20,000 bases of DNA from an uncultured virus (IMG/VR IMGVR_UViG_3300042396_000075) (lineage: Duplodnaviria > Heunggongvirae > Uroviricota > Caudoviricetes). The position numbers and the translations under genes were made by a program. The notes below the pieces were generated by a model. It saw only the letters and a list, made by a program, of their open reading frames with translations, was not told where the DNA came from and did no database searches. The DNA is taken from IMG/VR virus record IMGVR_UViG_3300042396_000075. One strand, written 5' to 3'. This document shows, one piece after another, positions 1-9,033 of the stretch (its first letter is position 1; each line of letters starts with the position of its first letter).

Positions 1-1200
1 ATCAAAGAGAATCTTGAGTTCATTAACTCATACGCTGAAGTTGTCCTATGCTTTGATATGGATGAGGCAGGACAGAAAGCTACTATGGAAGTTGCTGATC
101 TACTTCCTCCGGGTAAGTGCAAGATTGCTAAGCTCCCATACAAGGATGCTAGTGAGTGCTACATGAATGCTCAGACCAAGCAATTGGTATCAGCACTATG
201 GGAAGCACAGCAGTATTCTCCTGATGAGATCATGCACATCTCTAAAGTTATCACAGACTCACAGTCTATGAACCATGCTCGTGTCTATCCCTTCCCTTAC
301 GATGGTCTATCAGAGTTCCTGATTGGTCAGCGTAGTGGAGAGATTACACTATGGGCATCCGGTACTGGGTCTGGTAAGTCTACTATACTTCGTGAGCTTA
401 TGATGCATCACTTAGTAGAGGGTCGTAGTGTTGGGTGTATCATGCTTGAGGAATCTCCACAGGAAACTATGGATGATATGATCAGCTTGATACTTAACAA
501 ACCAGTCCGTGCTATTAGAGCAGGACGAATGATGAATGAATTGCGTACCATGCTTGGCAAGAAACAAATCAACATGGCTATGGTTGATGATCTTACTGAT
601 GAGGAATACGCAGCAGCTAAGGCACAACTGTGTGGTACAAACTTCTATGTGTATGACCACTTAGGTAACAGTGCAATGGCTAATCTGCTGGCTCGTATGG
701 AGTTCATGGCAACCTCCCTCAAGGTGGATGTCATTGTGCTTGATCATATCACCGCCGCTGCTGCAGGACTTATGAGTATGCAGACTAAGGATGTCGAGGG
801 TGGTAACTCAGAGCGTATCATTATTGATACACTCATGAAGGAACTCCGTGCTATTGCTGTGCGTACAGGTGTGCATGTAGACATCGTATCACAACTCAAG
901 AAGAGTGACAAGGCATACGAAGAGGGTGACCGTATTACCCTGCAAGATCTGCGTGGCTCCGGTGCATTGGCATCTGTACCTAACACAGTCATTGCTTTGG
1001 AGAGAGATCGACAGAACACAGATGAGAAGATTGCTAACACTACACTAGTGCGTGTACTCAAGAACCGTCTGACTGGTCGAGCAGGTATTGCAAGTACATT
1101 ATATTATGACCATGTGTCAGGCAGACTAGAAGAAATTGGATTCGCTATTGCTGAGGATGGCTCAGTAGTGTTTGAACCCGAACAACAACAGGAGTTCTAA
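1..1200 (+). CDS. T7 gp4-like primase-helicase (5' end outside window)
   Basis: Frame is open from base 1 (IKENLEFINSYAEVVLCFDMDEAG, TOPRIM DxD motif); Walker A SGTGSGKST; SF4 motifs LEES, VLDHI, VSQL, DLRGSG, KNRLTG. Confidence 0.96.
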   Translation: MKENLEFINSYAEVVLCFDMDEAGQKATMEVADLLPPGKCKIAKLPYKDASECYMNAQTKQLVSALWEAQQYSPDEIMHISKVITDSQSMNHARVYPFPYDGLSEFLIGQRSGEITLWASGTGSGKSTILRELMMHHLVEGRSVGCIMLEESPQETMDDMISLILNKPVRAIRAGRMMNELRTMLGKKQINMAMVDDLTDEEYAAAKAQLCGTNFYVYDHLGNSAMANLLARMEFMATSLKVDVIVLDHITAAAAGLMSMQTKDVEGGNSERIIIDTLMKELRAIAVRTGVHVDIVSQLKKSDKAYEEGDRITLQDLRGSGALASVPNTVIALERDRQNTDEKIANTTLVRVLKNRLTGRAGIASTLYYDHVSGRLEEIGFAIAEDGSVVFEPEQQQEF

Positions 1201-2891
1201 TGAAAGTATGTGTACTTGATATTGAAGGAAATGGTTTAGCTGAGTTGATATTAGATTCTAAAGGTAATCCTCACAAGGAAGTTACTCGTGTATTATGTGC
1301 AGCCACCAAGATTCCTAATCAAGAACCAGTACTTTGGTTAGAACATCAGATGCCAGACCTTGTAAATTACCTCAAACAATTTGATGTTATTATCGGTCAC
1401 AACATCTTGGGGTATGACTACCCGGTCATGCGTAGACTGTACAATATGGCTATGCCTAAGCGTATTGTTGATACACTTATCATCAGCAAGCTAATGCATC
1501 CAGACATCAACACTCACCCATTCAAAGACAACTCACTCAAGTCATGGGGTATACATCTTAACTTTCCTAAGTCAGAGTATACCTTGGGCTGGACTAGTTA
1601 CAACCTAGAGATGGGCAAGTACTGTCAGCAGGACACTCGACTTGGCGAAGCTATCTTCAATAAACAAAAGAGTTTTATATCAGACAACAAAAATATTGTA
1701 GCCTTTGAGCATACAGTATCTACAATTTTAATGGAGCAAGTGTGCAATGGATTTAATTATGACCTTGATGCCGGAGAAGAGTTGTATAAAAACCTTATGT
1801 TGGAAAAGCTTGGTATCGAAGATGAAATGCGTCAAGTCTTCCCTGACCGGGTTATCATTAGACATTCGCCCAAGACAGGCAAGAGACTCAAAGACAAAGT
1901 AGATACCTTTAATCCCGGTTCTCGACAACAAATAGCTAACCGTCTTACCGAAAGGTATGGATGGAAACCACAAGAAACTGAGAAGGGAAACCCAAAGGTA
2001 GATGAATCCGTGTTGGCTGTGTTAGACTATCCAGAAGCAAAGACACTCGTAAAGTATTTCAATGCAATCAAGTTAATGGGTATGGTTGAGGACTGGAACA
2101 GTCGATCAATCAATAGTCGAGACAGGCGTATACATGGCAACATCAATCCACAGGGTGCAGCGACAGGTCGTTGTACCCACAGTCAGCCCAACATAGCACA
2201 GGTAAGTGGTGATCACAGAGCAAGAGAACTCTGGCTATGTGATCCCAAGCAGGTGCTAGTTGGTGCTGACTTGTCGGGGCTAGAGCTTCGTATGCTTGCC
2301 CACTTCATGGCTAAGTATGACAACGGTGAGTATGGTAAAGTACTCCTAACAGGAGACATTCATACACACAATCAGAAGGCAGCTGGACTCAGCTCACGAG
2401 CATTAGCAAAGTCTTTTATCTATGCGTACCTCTATGGTGCGGGTGATAAGAAGATTGCTTTAGTTTGTAGTTGTAGTATTGGTGAGGCTAGGGGATTAAG
2501 AGAACGCTTTCAGAAAGAAATCCCTGCCCTTACTAAGGTGCAGGACATGGTAAAGTATGAGGCACTCAAGCACAAGGGTGTACTCCTGCCTGATGGTAGG
2601 CGTGTACCCGTGCGTAGTGAACACGCTGCCCTCAATACCCTGCTGCAGGGGTCAGGAGCCATCGTAAGCAAGTACTGGATGGTCGAGGCGTTCAAGTCTA
2701 TCAAGGCAGCAGGAGCCAAGCAGCTGGCTTATGTGCATGACGAACTACAGTACTCGTGTCCGGTAGAGACTGCTGAAGGATTCGGTAAGGCTGTTACTGC
2801 TGCTGCTACTACAGCAGGTGAGATGTTAAAGATGAATATTCGTATTGATGCAGAGTACTGCATTGGTAAGTGTTGGGCTGATACACATTAA
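1200..2891 (+). CDS. Family A DNA polymerase (T7 gp5-like) with 3'-5' exonuclease domain
   Basis: Exo motifs DIE, GHNILGYD, YCQQD; FNPGSRQQI; TGR; motif A DLSGLELR; motif B RALAKSFIYAYLYG; NTLLQG; motif C VHDE. TAATG overlap with helicase stop. Confidence 0.97.
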   Translation: MKVCVLDIEGNGLAELILDSKGNPHKEVTRVLCAATKIPNQEPVLWLEHQMPDLVNYLKQFDVIIGHNILGYDYPVMRRLYNMAMPKRIVDTLIISKLMHPDINTHPFKDNSLKSWGIHLNFPKSEYTLGWTSYNLEMGKYCQQDTRLGEAIFNKQKSFISDNKNIVAFEHTVSTILMEQVCNGFNYDLDAGEELYKNLMLEKLGIEDEMRQVFPDRVIIRHSPKTGKRLKDKVDTFNPGSRQQIANRLTERYGWKPQETEKGNPKVDESVLAVLDYPEAKTLVKYFNAIKLMGMVEDWNSRSINSRDRRIHGNINPQGAATGRCTHSQPNIAQVSGDHRARELWLCDPKQVLVGADLSGLELRMLAHFMAKYDNGEYGKVLLTGDIHTHNQKAAGLSSRALAKSFIYAYLYGAGDKKIALVCSCSIGEARGLRERFQKEIPALTKVQDMVKYEALKHKGVLLPDGRRVPVRSEHAALNTLLQGSGAIVSKYWMVEAFKSIKAAGAKQLAYVHDELQYSCPVETAEGFGKAVTAAATTAGEMLKMNIRIDAEYCIGKCWADTH

Positions 2892-2899
2892 GGAGACAC

Positions 2900-3232
2900 A
2901 TGTCTAAATTAGAATTATATATTGCTGGTCCTATGAGAGGATATCCTAACCATAACTTTGAGGCTTTCTATAAGGCTGAGAAGAAGTGGACTAAGAATCC
3001 TGTGGTTGGTAAGATCCACAATCCCGCTAAGATGGATGAGGATGAGGGGTTTGATCCCTCTACTGTTGAGGATTCATTAGATCATCTTCGTGCTTGCATG
3101 AAGCGTGACATTGATGCTATCCTTCAGTGTACTGGTATGGTAATGCTCTGTGGTTGGGAGCATTCGGAAGGTGCGAGGGTTGAACATTCACTAGCTACAT
3201 ATCTAGGGATGCCGATCTTCTATGAAAGTTAA
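2900..3232 (+). CDS. DUF4406-like protein (nucleoside deoxyribosyltransferase-like fold)
   Basis: YIAGPMRGYP..NF.AF, NPA and GWEHSEGARVE motifs typical of this phage family; AAGGAG RBS at 2890-2895. Confidence 0.8.
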   Translation: MSKLELYIAGPMRGYPNHNFEAFYKAEKKWTKNPVVGKIHNPAKMDEDEGFDPSTVEDSLDHLRACMKRDIDAILQCTGMVMLCGWEHSEGARVEHSLATYLGMPIFYES

Positions 3233-3725
3233 TGGAAGAATTGTATTTTATAACTTCAAGAAGGTACAAGGGTGGCGATACTATGCCATTCGTTTACTAT
3301 CTTGGAGCCGTCATACTCATGCTCACATTGAGTTTGATCTGAGTATACCATTTGCTTTTGTAGTGGTAGATCGTAAGCCAGTAAAGGTAATGAGACTTGC
3401 CAATCTTAAACAACTAAAGATAAGCAAGTACTATGAGTTTGATCTAGGATCTATAGACATGAGTGAAGAAGATATTATCTTTGCTTATAAATATAAACCA
3501 CTCAATAGTTATAAGATGCTAGTGTATACACTCATAGGTAAATACATTGGTATGAAACAACCAACCAATTGTATTACTTTTATATGTGACTATTTAAAAT
3601 TCAAAGGTTGGGATACACCCAATCTGTTCAACCCTAAACAACTATGGGAAAGCTTACATGATAACGATAATGATCGGTGGACAAGCAAGAGTCGGGAAGA
3701 CAACACTAGCAAAGTGGATCAGTGA
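3222..3725 (+). CDS. Hypothetical protein, probable permuted papain-like (NlpC/P60 superfamily) hydrolase
   Basis: N-terminal SRHTHAHIEF (His) and later NCITFI (Cys) followed by P..L (NPKQL): the His-before-Cys order of permuted NlpC/P60 enzymes. Pattern recognition only. Confidence 0.55.
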   Translation: MKVNGRIVFYNFKKVQGWRYYAIRLLSWSRHTHAHIEFDLSIPFAFVVVDRKPVKVMRLANLKQLKISKYYEFDLGSIDMSEEDIIFAYKYKPLNSYKMLVYTLIGKYIGMKQPTNCITFICDYLKFKGWDTPNLFNPKQLWESLHDNDNDRWTSKSREDNTSKVDQ

Positions 3726-4398
3726 GTACGCTTATAACAATAAGTATACACCAGTGATTGTTCCCTTTGCTGCTGCCCTTAAGGAAGAGGCGGCTAAGAA
3801 GGGATACACTAAGGATACCAATCAAGAAGAGTATCGTGAGTTCTGTCAGACCCTTGGCTCTACTATGAGAGAACAAGATCCAGACTATTGGGTTAAACAA
3901 TTCCGTATTAAGATTAAGAAACTCTATGAGGAAGAACAAGCAGCCCTAAAGGCTGACCCATCTATCTGGCATGAGAAGGTTATCATTGTGGATGACTGTC
4001 GCTATACCAATGAGATTGCTGCTGCTCGTGACATCCGTGCTCTCACAGTCTTTGTATCAGCAGGTGAGCGTGAACTCCCTGAGGAGTTTGCAGAGTGGAG
4101 AACACATGAGTCTGAAGCACTAGCAATTGCTATTGAGACAGGCAACAAACAATATGAAGACATGTTTCACTACACTCTAAAGAATGATGAGAGTGAGGCA
4201 GCATTCAAAACTAAGTGCAATACAAAGTTTGATGAATGGTTTCACCTACTCTCCGAAGCAATGTTAGATGATTTGTGTAACTGTGAGCTGTGCCTATCCT
4301 CAAGAGAAGACAGACTACCTGATGGAGATACTGTGTTCAAAGAGATCATGGAAATTTTTATAGATAAGGAAGACGATGATAAGCCAACCAAGACCTGA
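3658..4398 (+). CDS. P-loop kinase, deoxynucleoside monophosphate kinase-like
   Basis: GGQARVGKTT P-loop, FAAALKE, R..CQ..G...R...PDYWV and IVDDCRY.NE motifs of the phage dNMP kinase/phosphomevalonate kinase-like group. Confidence 0.75.
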   Translation: MITIMIGGQARVGKTTLAKWISEYAYNNKYTPVIVPFAAALKEEAAKKGYTKDTNQEEYREFCQTLGSTMREQDPDYWVKQFRIKIKKLYEEEQAALKADPSIWHEKVIIVDDCRYTNEIAAARDIRALTVFVSAGERELPEEFAEWRTHESEALAIAIETGNKQYEDMFHYTLKNDESEAAFKTKCNTKFDEWFHLLSEAMLDDLCNCELCLSSREDRLPDGDTVFKEIMEIFIDKEDDDKPTKT

Positions 4399-5155
4399 TA
4401 CTGCTGTGCTTGACGGAGACATCATTGCCTATCGTGCTGCCTTTTGGGCAGATCAAGAAGGCATTGAGTACCTTGCGGAGCGCATTGAACATGATGTCAA
4501 GGCATGGACTCCCGTAGGAGTAACGAAAGTATATGTGGCTATCTCCTGTGATCGTAAAGATAACTTTCGTAGACAAGTGTGGGAACCATATAAAGCTCAT
4601 CGGGATGTAAAGAAACAAGCACCAGATAGTTTATCATACGCTGTTGATTTAATTAAACAGAATGATATACTCTTTGTTCCTACCCTAGAGGCTGATGATA
4701 TTATGGGACTCATGGCTTCGGGTAACAAGGCTATTGCTGTGACCATTGACAAAGATCTCCGGTCTGTACCGGGGTGGCATTGGAACCCAGACAAGGAAGT
4801 TAAACCTCTGGAACTTGATACTTATACCGCTGACTTTAACTTTCACAAGCAATGGATCATGGGTGATACGACTGATAATATCCCCGGTATCTGGAAGTGG
4901 GGACCTGCCAAGGCAGAGAAGTGGCTTAAGTATGTCCATCCCCGTAACTGGACAGCCGCCGTATTGGCAGCTTATGACCAAGCTAAGCCTCAGGAAATGG
5001 ATAGATATGGATATGATTACTGTCTCGCTATGGCTAGGTGTGTACGCATCCTTAGACATGGTGAATATAACAAGAAAACTAAGTCCGTACTATTGTTTGA
5101 CCCAATAGTTGGGGCTACTAAGAGTGATACTCAAGGGAACACTAATGAACACTGA
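4376..5155 (+). CDS. T7 gp6-like 5'-3' exonuclease
   Basis: LDGDIIAY, NFR, YKAHR, LEADD, DKDL, GDTTDNIPGI..WG..KA motifs. Confidence 0.93.
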   Translation: MISQPRPDTAVLDGDIIAYRAAFWADQEGIEYLAERIEHDVKAWTPVGVTKVYVAISCDRKDNFRRQVWEPYKAHRDVKKQAPDSLSYAVDLIKQNDILFVPTLEADDIMGLMASGNKAIAVTIDKDLRSVPGWHWNPDKEVKPLELDTYTADFNFHKQWIMGDTTDNIPGIWKWGPAKAEKWLKYVHPRNWTAAVLAAYDQAKPQEMDRYGYDYCLAMARCVRILRHGEYNKKTKSVLLFDPIVGATKSDTQGNTNEH

Positions 5156-5657
5156 TGTAAACCAATACAACACTGAGTCTTTAACTATTGCTAATCAAAA
5201 CAATTACAATACTTCTACTTATACCCATAGCGATTCTAAGATCCCTATGGTACTCCATGATAGAGACTGTGCTCCAGCCTACCATACCAAGGGTGCAGCC
5301 GGGGCTGATCTTAAGATCACTACGGACACTACGCTACTCCCCGGAGTAGTAACTAGAGTACCCACAGGGGTTAGCTTAGCTATCCCTGAGGGCTATGTAG
5401 GATTACTCTTTATGAGATCAGGTCTTTCTAACAAAGGAATTAACTTAGCCAACTCAGTTGGTGTCATTGATTCTGATTATCGTGGTGAGATTTGGTTACC
5501 ACTTATTAACAATTCAACAATAACACACACTCTTAAACGGGGTGATCGTGTTGCACAGATTGCCTTCATGCCCGTTACACAGTTCTCGTTTGTCTCTGTA
5601 GATAAACTTCCGTTTACTGTGCGAGGCGAAGGTAAGTTTGGGAGTACAGGAGTCTAA
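5145..5657 (+). CDS. dut: Trimeric dUTPase
   Basis: All five motifs: AGADL, RSG, GVIDSDYRGE, GDRVAQI, RGEGKFGSTG. Start moved from TTG 5109 to ATG 5145 (AAGGGA at 5133-5138, overlap with exonuclease stop). Confidence 0.95.
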   Translation: MNTDVNQYNTESLTIANQNNYNTSTYTHSDSKIPMVLHDRDCAPAYHTKGAAGADLKITTDTTLLPGVVTRVPTGVSLAIPEGYVGLLFMRSGLSNKGINLANSVGVIDSDYRGEIWLPLINNSTITHTLKRGDRVAQIAFMPVTQFSFVSVDKLPFTVRGEGKFGSTGV

Positions 5658-7546
5658 TGGATACATTTCAAAAGTTTATTGCTATCAGTCGCTACAGTCG
5701 ATGGATGGATAAAGAGAACCGCAGAGAGACTTGGGATGAGACTGTCGATAGGTGGTGGAATTACTTTACTGGTAAAGCTCCTGTCCTTCTGACACGGACA
5801 GATATCAGAGATGCTATCCTTAATCTAGAAGTACTGCCAAGTATGCGTGGGTTGATGACCGCAGGTCCAGCATTGGATCGTGATCATACTGCCCTATACA
5901 ATTGCTCATACATTGAGATTAATAAAACAACTTCCTTCTCCAACCTTATGTACATTCTTATGTGCGGTACTGGAGTAGGCTATACGGTTGAGCGTAGATG
6001 CACCGACAAACTTGGGACTATCCCAACAATACATAAGATGTTTGATACAGTTATGTTTGTTGAGGATAGCCGCGAGGGTTGGTGTGATGCACTTAACAAC
6101 CTACTTGACAATCTTTATAAGGGTATCCACATTAAGTGGGACACAAGTAAGATCCGTAAGTCAGGTGAAAGATTAAAGACCTTTGGTGGTAGAGCAAGCG
6201 GTCCTGCCCCACTAGAAGAAGTCTTTAGATTTGTAGTACAGACATTCTATTCTGCCCAAGGTCGTAGACTTACGCCCCTTGAGTGCCATGATATCTGCTG
6301 CAAGATTGCTCAGTCAGTCATTGTGGGTGGTGTACGCCGCTCCGCTATGATCTCTCTAAGCGACCTAGCAGACCGTGAGATGGCTACTTGCAAGAGTGGT
6401 GCGTGGTGGCAAGCCTCAAGTCATCGTGCCTTAGCGAACAACTCAGCCATCTACAACGGCAGACCATCAATGGGTCAGTTCCTCGAAGAGTGGACAGACT
6501 TATACAACTCCCATAGTGGAGAGCGTGGTCTTTGTAATCGTGATGCAATGAAGAACATTGCTGTCAAGGCAGAGCGTGGTGAGGATCATTACTATGGTAC
6601 GAATCCATGCAGTGAAATCATCCTACGCCCTAATCAATTCTGTAATCTATCTACTGTTGTTGTCAATGCAACTGATACACAAGAGTCGTTAGAAAAGAAA
6701 ATTGAAATGGCTACCATCATTGGCACTATCCAAAGCATGTTCACTTACTTCCCTTACCTAGCCAAGGATAAGACATGGCAGGATAACTGTGAGGAAGAGA
6801 GACTGCTTGGTGTATCCATGACAGGTATCTTTGATAACAAGTTGATGTCCGGTCTATTAGGACATGGCAGACTTAAGTATGTCCTTGAGGATCTACGAGA
6901 GACAGCCATCAAGACTAACCTTGACTGGTCTAAGAAGCTGGGTATCAATCCAAGTAAATCAATTACTTGTATTAAACCAGAAGGTACAACCTCATGTCTT
7001 GCTTCGTCAGCCAGCGGATTACATCCCCGGTATGCTGAGCATTACTTTAGAAGAGTCCGTATCGACAAGAAGGATCCACTCTACTTCATGATGAGAGATG
7101 CCCAAGTACCAGTAGAAGACTGTGTAATGAACGCAGATTCAACTGCAGTCTTTACCTTTGTTCAGGCTGCTCCATCGGGATCACTAACTCAGAATGAACT
7201 ATCCGCTATTGATCATCTTAATTTATGGTTAACCTATCAAGAGCACTACTGTCAGCACAAGCCAAGCATTACTGTTAACTATGCTGACAATGAGTTTCTT
7301 CCTGTAGGTCAGTGGGTGTGGGATAACTTTGATAAGATTTCTGGTATATCTTTTTTACCTAAGTCTGATCATGTATATGCACAAGCTCCCTTTGAATCTA
7401 TATCGCTAGAAACATATAATGAATTTCCAGTTATAGATGTAGACTTTAACAAGCTATCTCTCTATGAAAAGACTGATACAACAACATCATCTCACACCTT
7501 AGCCTGTACTGCAGGAGCTTGTGAGATAATTGATCTAAGGGGATAA
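5657..7546 (+). CDS. nrdJ: Class II (adenosylcobalamin-dependent) ribonucleotide reductase, monomeric RTPR type
   Basis: YNC, GTGVG, GGVRRSA, TNPCSEI, CNL, KPEGT motifs and C-terminal ACTAGAC redox pair; no beta-subunit gene adjacent. Confidence 0.93.
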   Translation: MDTFQKFIAISRYSRWMDKENRRETWDETVDRWWNYFTGKAPVLLTRTDIRDAILNLEVLPSMRGLMTAGPALDRDHTALYNCSYIEINKTTSFSNLMYILMCGTGVGYTVERRCTDKLGTIPTIHKMFDTVMFVEDSREGWCDALNNLLDNLYKGIHIKWDTSKIRKSGERLKTFGGRASGPAPLEEVFRFVVQTFYSAQGRRLTPLECHDICCKIAQSVIVGGVRRSAMISLSDLADREMATCKSGAWWQASSHRALANNSAIYNGRPSMGQFLEEWTDLYNSHSGERGLCNRDAMKNIAVKAERGEDHYYGTNPCSEIILRPNQFCNLSTVVVNATDTQESLEKKIEMATIIGTIQSMFTYFPYLAKDKTWQDNCEEERLLGVSMTGIFDNKLMSGLLGHGRLKYVLEDLRETAIKTNLDWSKKLGINPSKSITCIKPEGTTSCLASSASGLHPRYAEHYFRRVRIDKKDPLYFMMRDAQVPVEDCVMNADSTAVFTFVQAAPSGSLTQNELSAIDHLNLWLTYQEHYCQHKPSITVNYADNEFLPVGQWVWDNFDKISGISFLPKSDHVYAQAPFESISLETYNEFPVIDVDFNKLSLYEKTDTTTSSHTLACTAGACEIIDLRG

Positions 7547-7549
7547 ACA

Positions 7550-8386
7550 ATGGCAAAACAAAGACAAACATTAACTGGAGCAACAACAGCTCTTGCAAAT
7601 TACAATACACAACTAACAGAATTAAATACAGATATTGCTGGTGTGCAGGGTGGTCTTTTAAACATGGCAAATGTAGGACAAGCATCCTACTATAGTACTA
7701 CTAAAGAGACTGCTCTGACCAAACAAGACTTGCCTAACTTTTCGGATATTTATAACCCGATGTATGCGAAGATGAAAGATGTTCGATTTACTGTAGGTGA
7801 TGATATAACTACAGCAAACAACGATGCTGCTTTCTATGTCTTTAATCCAGAGACTGAAGCAAAAAGACAAACCGATATGCAAATTGATGTTGTTGCTAAA
7901 CAGAACGAAGAGTTTGATTTACAGCAGCAACGTATTACTGAGTTTGTAAAACAATCAGGCGAAGCACAAAAGGATAATGTTTTAGACCAATATCTTGCAT
8001 CAGTAACAAAAAACGCAAACACAGGTGTTATTAAAAGCACAGATGTTGACTTTGATATGAACGCATATGCAGCAGCTGGCAATAGAAACAGAAGTTCTAG
8101 TAGAGTTAATGGAAATAAAATTTATAGTTATAAAGCATCCGAAGAAGTGGCTGCTGCTAGACTACAAGCTTTTAGAGATGCAGAAACCCTGCGCTTTAGA
8201 TCCGATCCTACTATACAAACAGCTCAGGCTACTATATATGCAGCAACACTTGCCGAACAGCAAAAAGAACTAAACAAAAAAATTACTGATGCTGCTAACG
8301 CTGTAAAAAACCTCACACAAAAACAACTTGACGCTGCAGTTAAGGCTGCAGTTAAGGCTGTAAGGAAACCAAAGAAAAAGAAATGA
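7550..8386 (+). CDS. Hypothetical helical/coiled-coil protein with basic C-terminal tail
   Basis: 278-aa ORF, AAGGGG RBS, Ala/Gln-rich, ends KAAVKAAVKAVRKPKKKK; no family recognised. Confidence 0.7.
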   Translation: MAKQRQTLTGATTALANYNTQLTELNTDIAGVQGGLLNMANVGQASYYSTTKETALTKQDLPNFSDIYNPMYAKMKDVRFTVGDDITTANNDAAFYVFNPETEAKRQTDMQIDVVAKQNEEFDLQQQRITEFVKQSGEAQKDNVLDQYLASVTKNANTGVIKSTDVDFDMNAYAAAGNRNRSSSRVNGNKIYSYKASEEVAAARLQAFRDAETLRFRSDPTIQTAQATIYAATLAEQQKELNKKITDAANAVKNLTQKQLDAAVKAAVKAVRKPKKKK

Positions 8387-8571
8387 TCACTAACATCCAA
8401 CAATCAAAGACTCGCTTAGCTCTATCTACCCCAATAGATCTACCTGAAGTTAAACAGTTAATCAAAGATCTGTATATTCAAATAGAAGAGTTAAGAAATG
8501 AAATCAGAAAAGTATCCGAGAATAGACCCAGACCTGATAAAAATTCTGGAAGAACTATACAAGCCCCTTGA
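8383..8571 (+). CDS. Small hypothetical coiled-coil protein
   Basis: ATGA overlap with upstream stop; heptad-like segment LIKDLYIQIEELRNEI; fills the gap to the next gene. Confidence 0.55.
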   Translation: MITNIQQSKTRLALSTPIDLPEVKQLIKDLYIQIEELRNEIRKVSENRPRPDKNSGRTIQAP

Positions 8572-8689
8572 ATACGATGCTGACTGTGAAGAAAGCAAGT
8601 TTGCAAGACGATCTGCATTTAGAGCAGGGCAAATAGAAGTCGTAAACAAATTAAAAGCTGTGCTAAAGCAACAGCAAGGAGGCAAGTAA
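8498..8689 (+). CDS. Small conserved T7-like pre-portal protein
   Basis: P.I...L...LEE.Y ... AFRAGQ..VV..LK pattern recurrent in small genes upstream of the portal in T7-like phages (recalled, not searched). Confidence 0.7.
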   Translation: MKSEKYPRIDPDLIKILEELYKPLEYDADCEESKFARRSAFRAGQIEVVNKLKAVLKQQQGGK

Positions 8690-8690
8690 T

Positions 8691-9023
8691 ATGGGTGGAA
8701 GCCCTAGGATTAGTGGTGGTATGTCATATGCTGAACAAAAGAAACTGATGGATGACGAACGCGCCTTCCAAAAGGAACAGGAAGAAGAGCGTAGAAAAGC
8801 AGCAGAAGATTCTGAGACTCGCCGTGTTGCTAGAGAAGCTGTTGCTATGGCTAGAACCAAGGCAGATGAGCAAGCAGCAGTCCAAACATCCACTGCTGCA
8901 GAACAAGAAGCAATTATGGAAGCTCAGTCACAAGCTGAAGCACAAGGTACTAGAGGTATTCAAGGTGATAACGCTAAAGCATTAGATTTTTATTCCGCAC
9001 TATACAATGGTGTATCTACATAA
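8691..9023 (+). CDS. Small virion/tail-assembly protein (positional analogue of T7 gp6.7/gp7.3)
   Basis: MGG start, charged helical body, AAGGAGG RBS at 8677-8683, directly upstream of portal. Confidence 0.6.
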   Translation: MGGSPRISGGMSYAEQKKLMDDERAFQKEQEEERRKAAEDSETRRVAREAVAMARTKADEQAAVQTSTAAEQEAIMEAQSQAEAQGTRGIQGDNAKALDFYSALYNGVST

Positions 9024-9033
9024 AGGAGTGTAA

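Noticed and set aside
1200..7546. Introns or inteins in polymerase or RNR
   Set aside because: Both are continuous and of compact length with no insertion.
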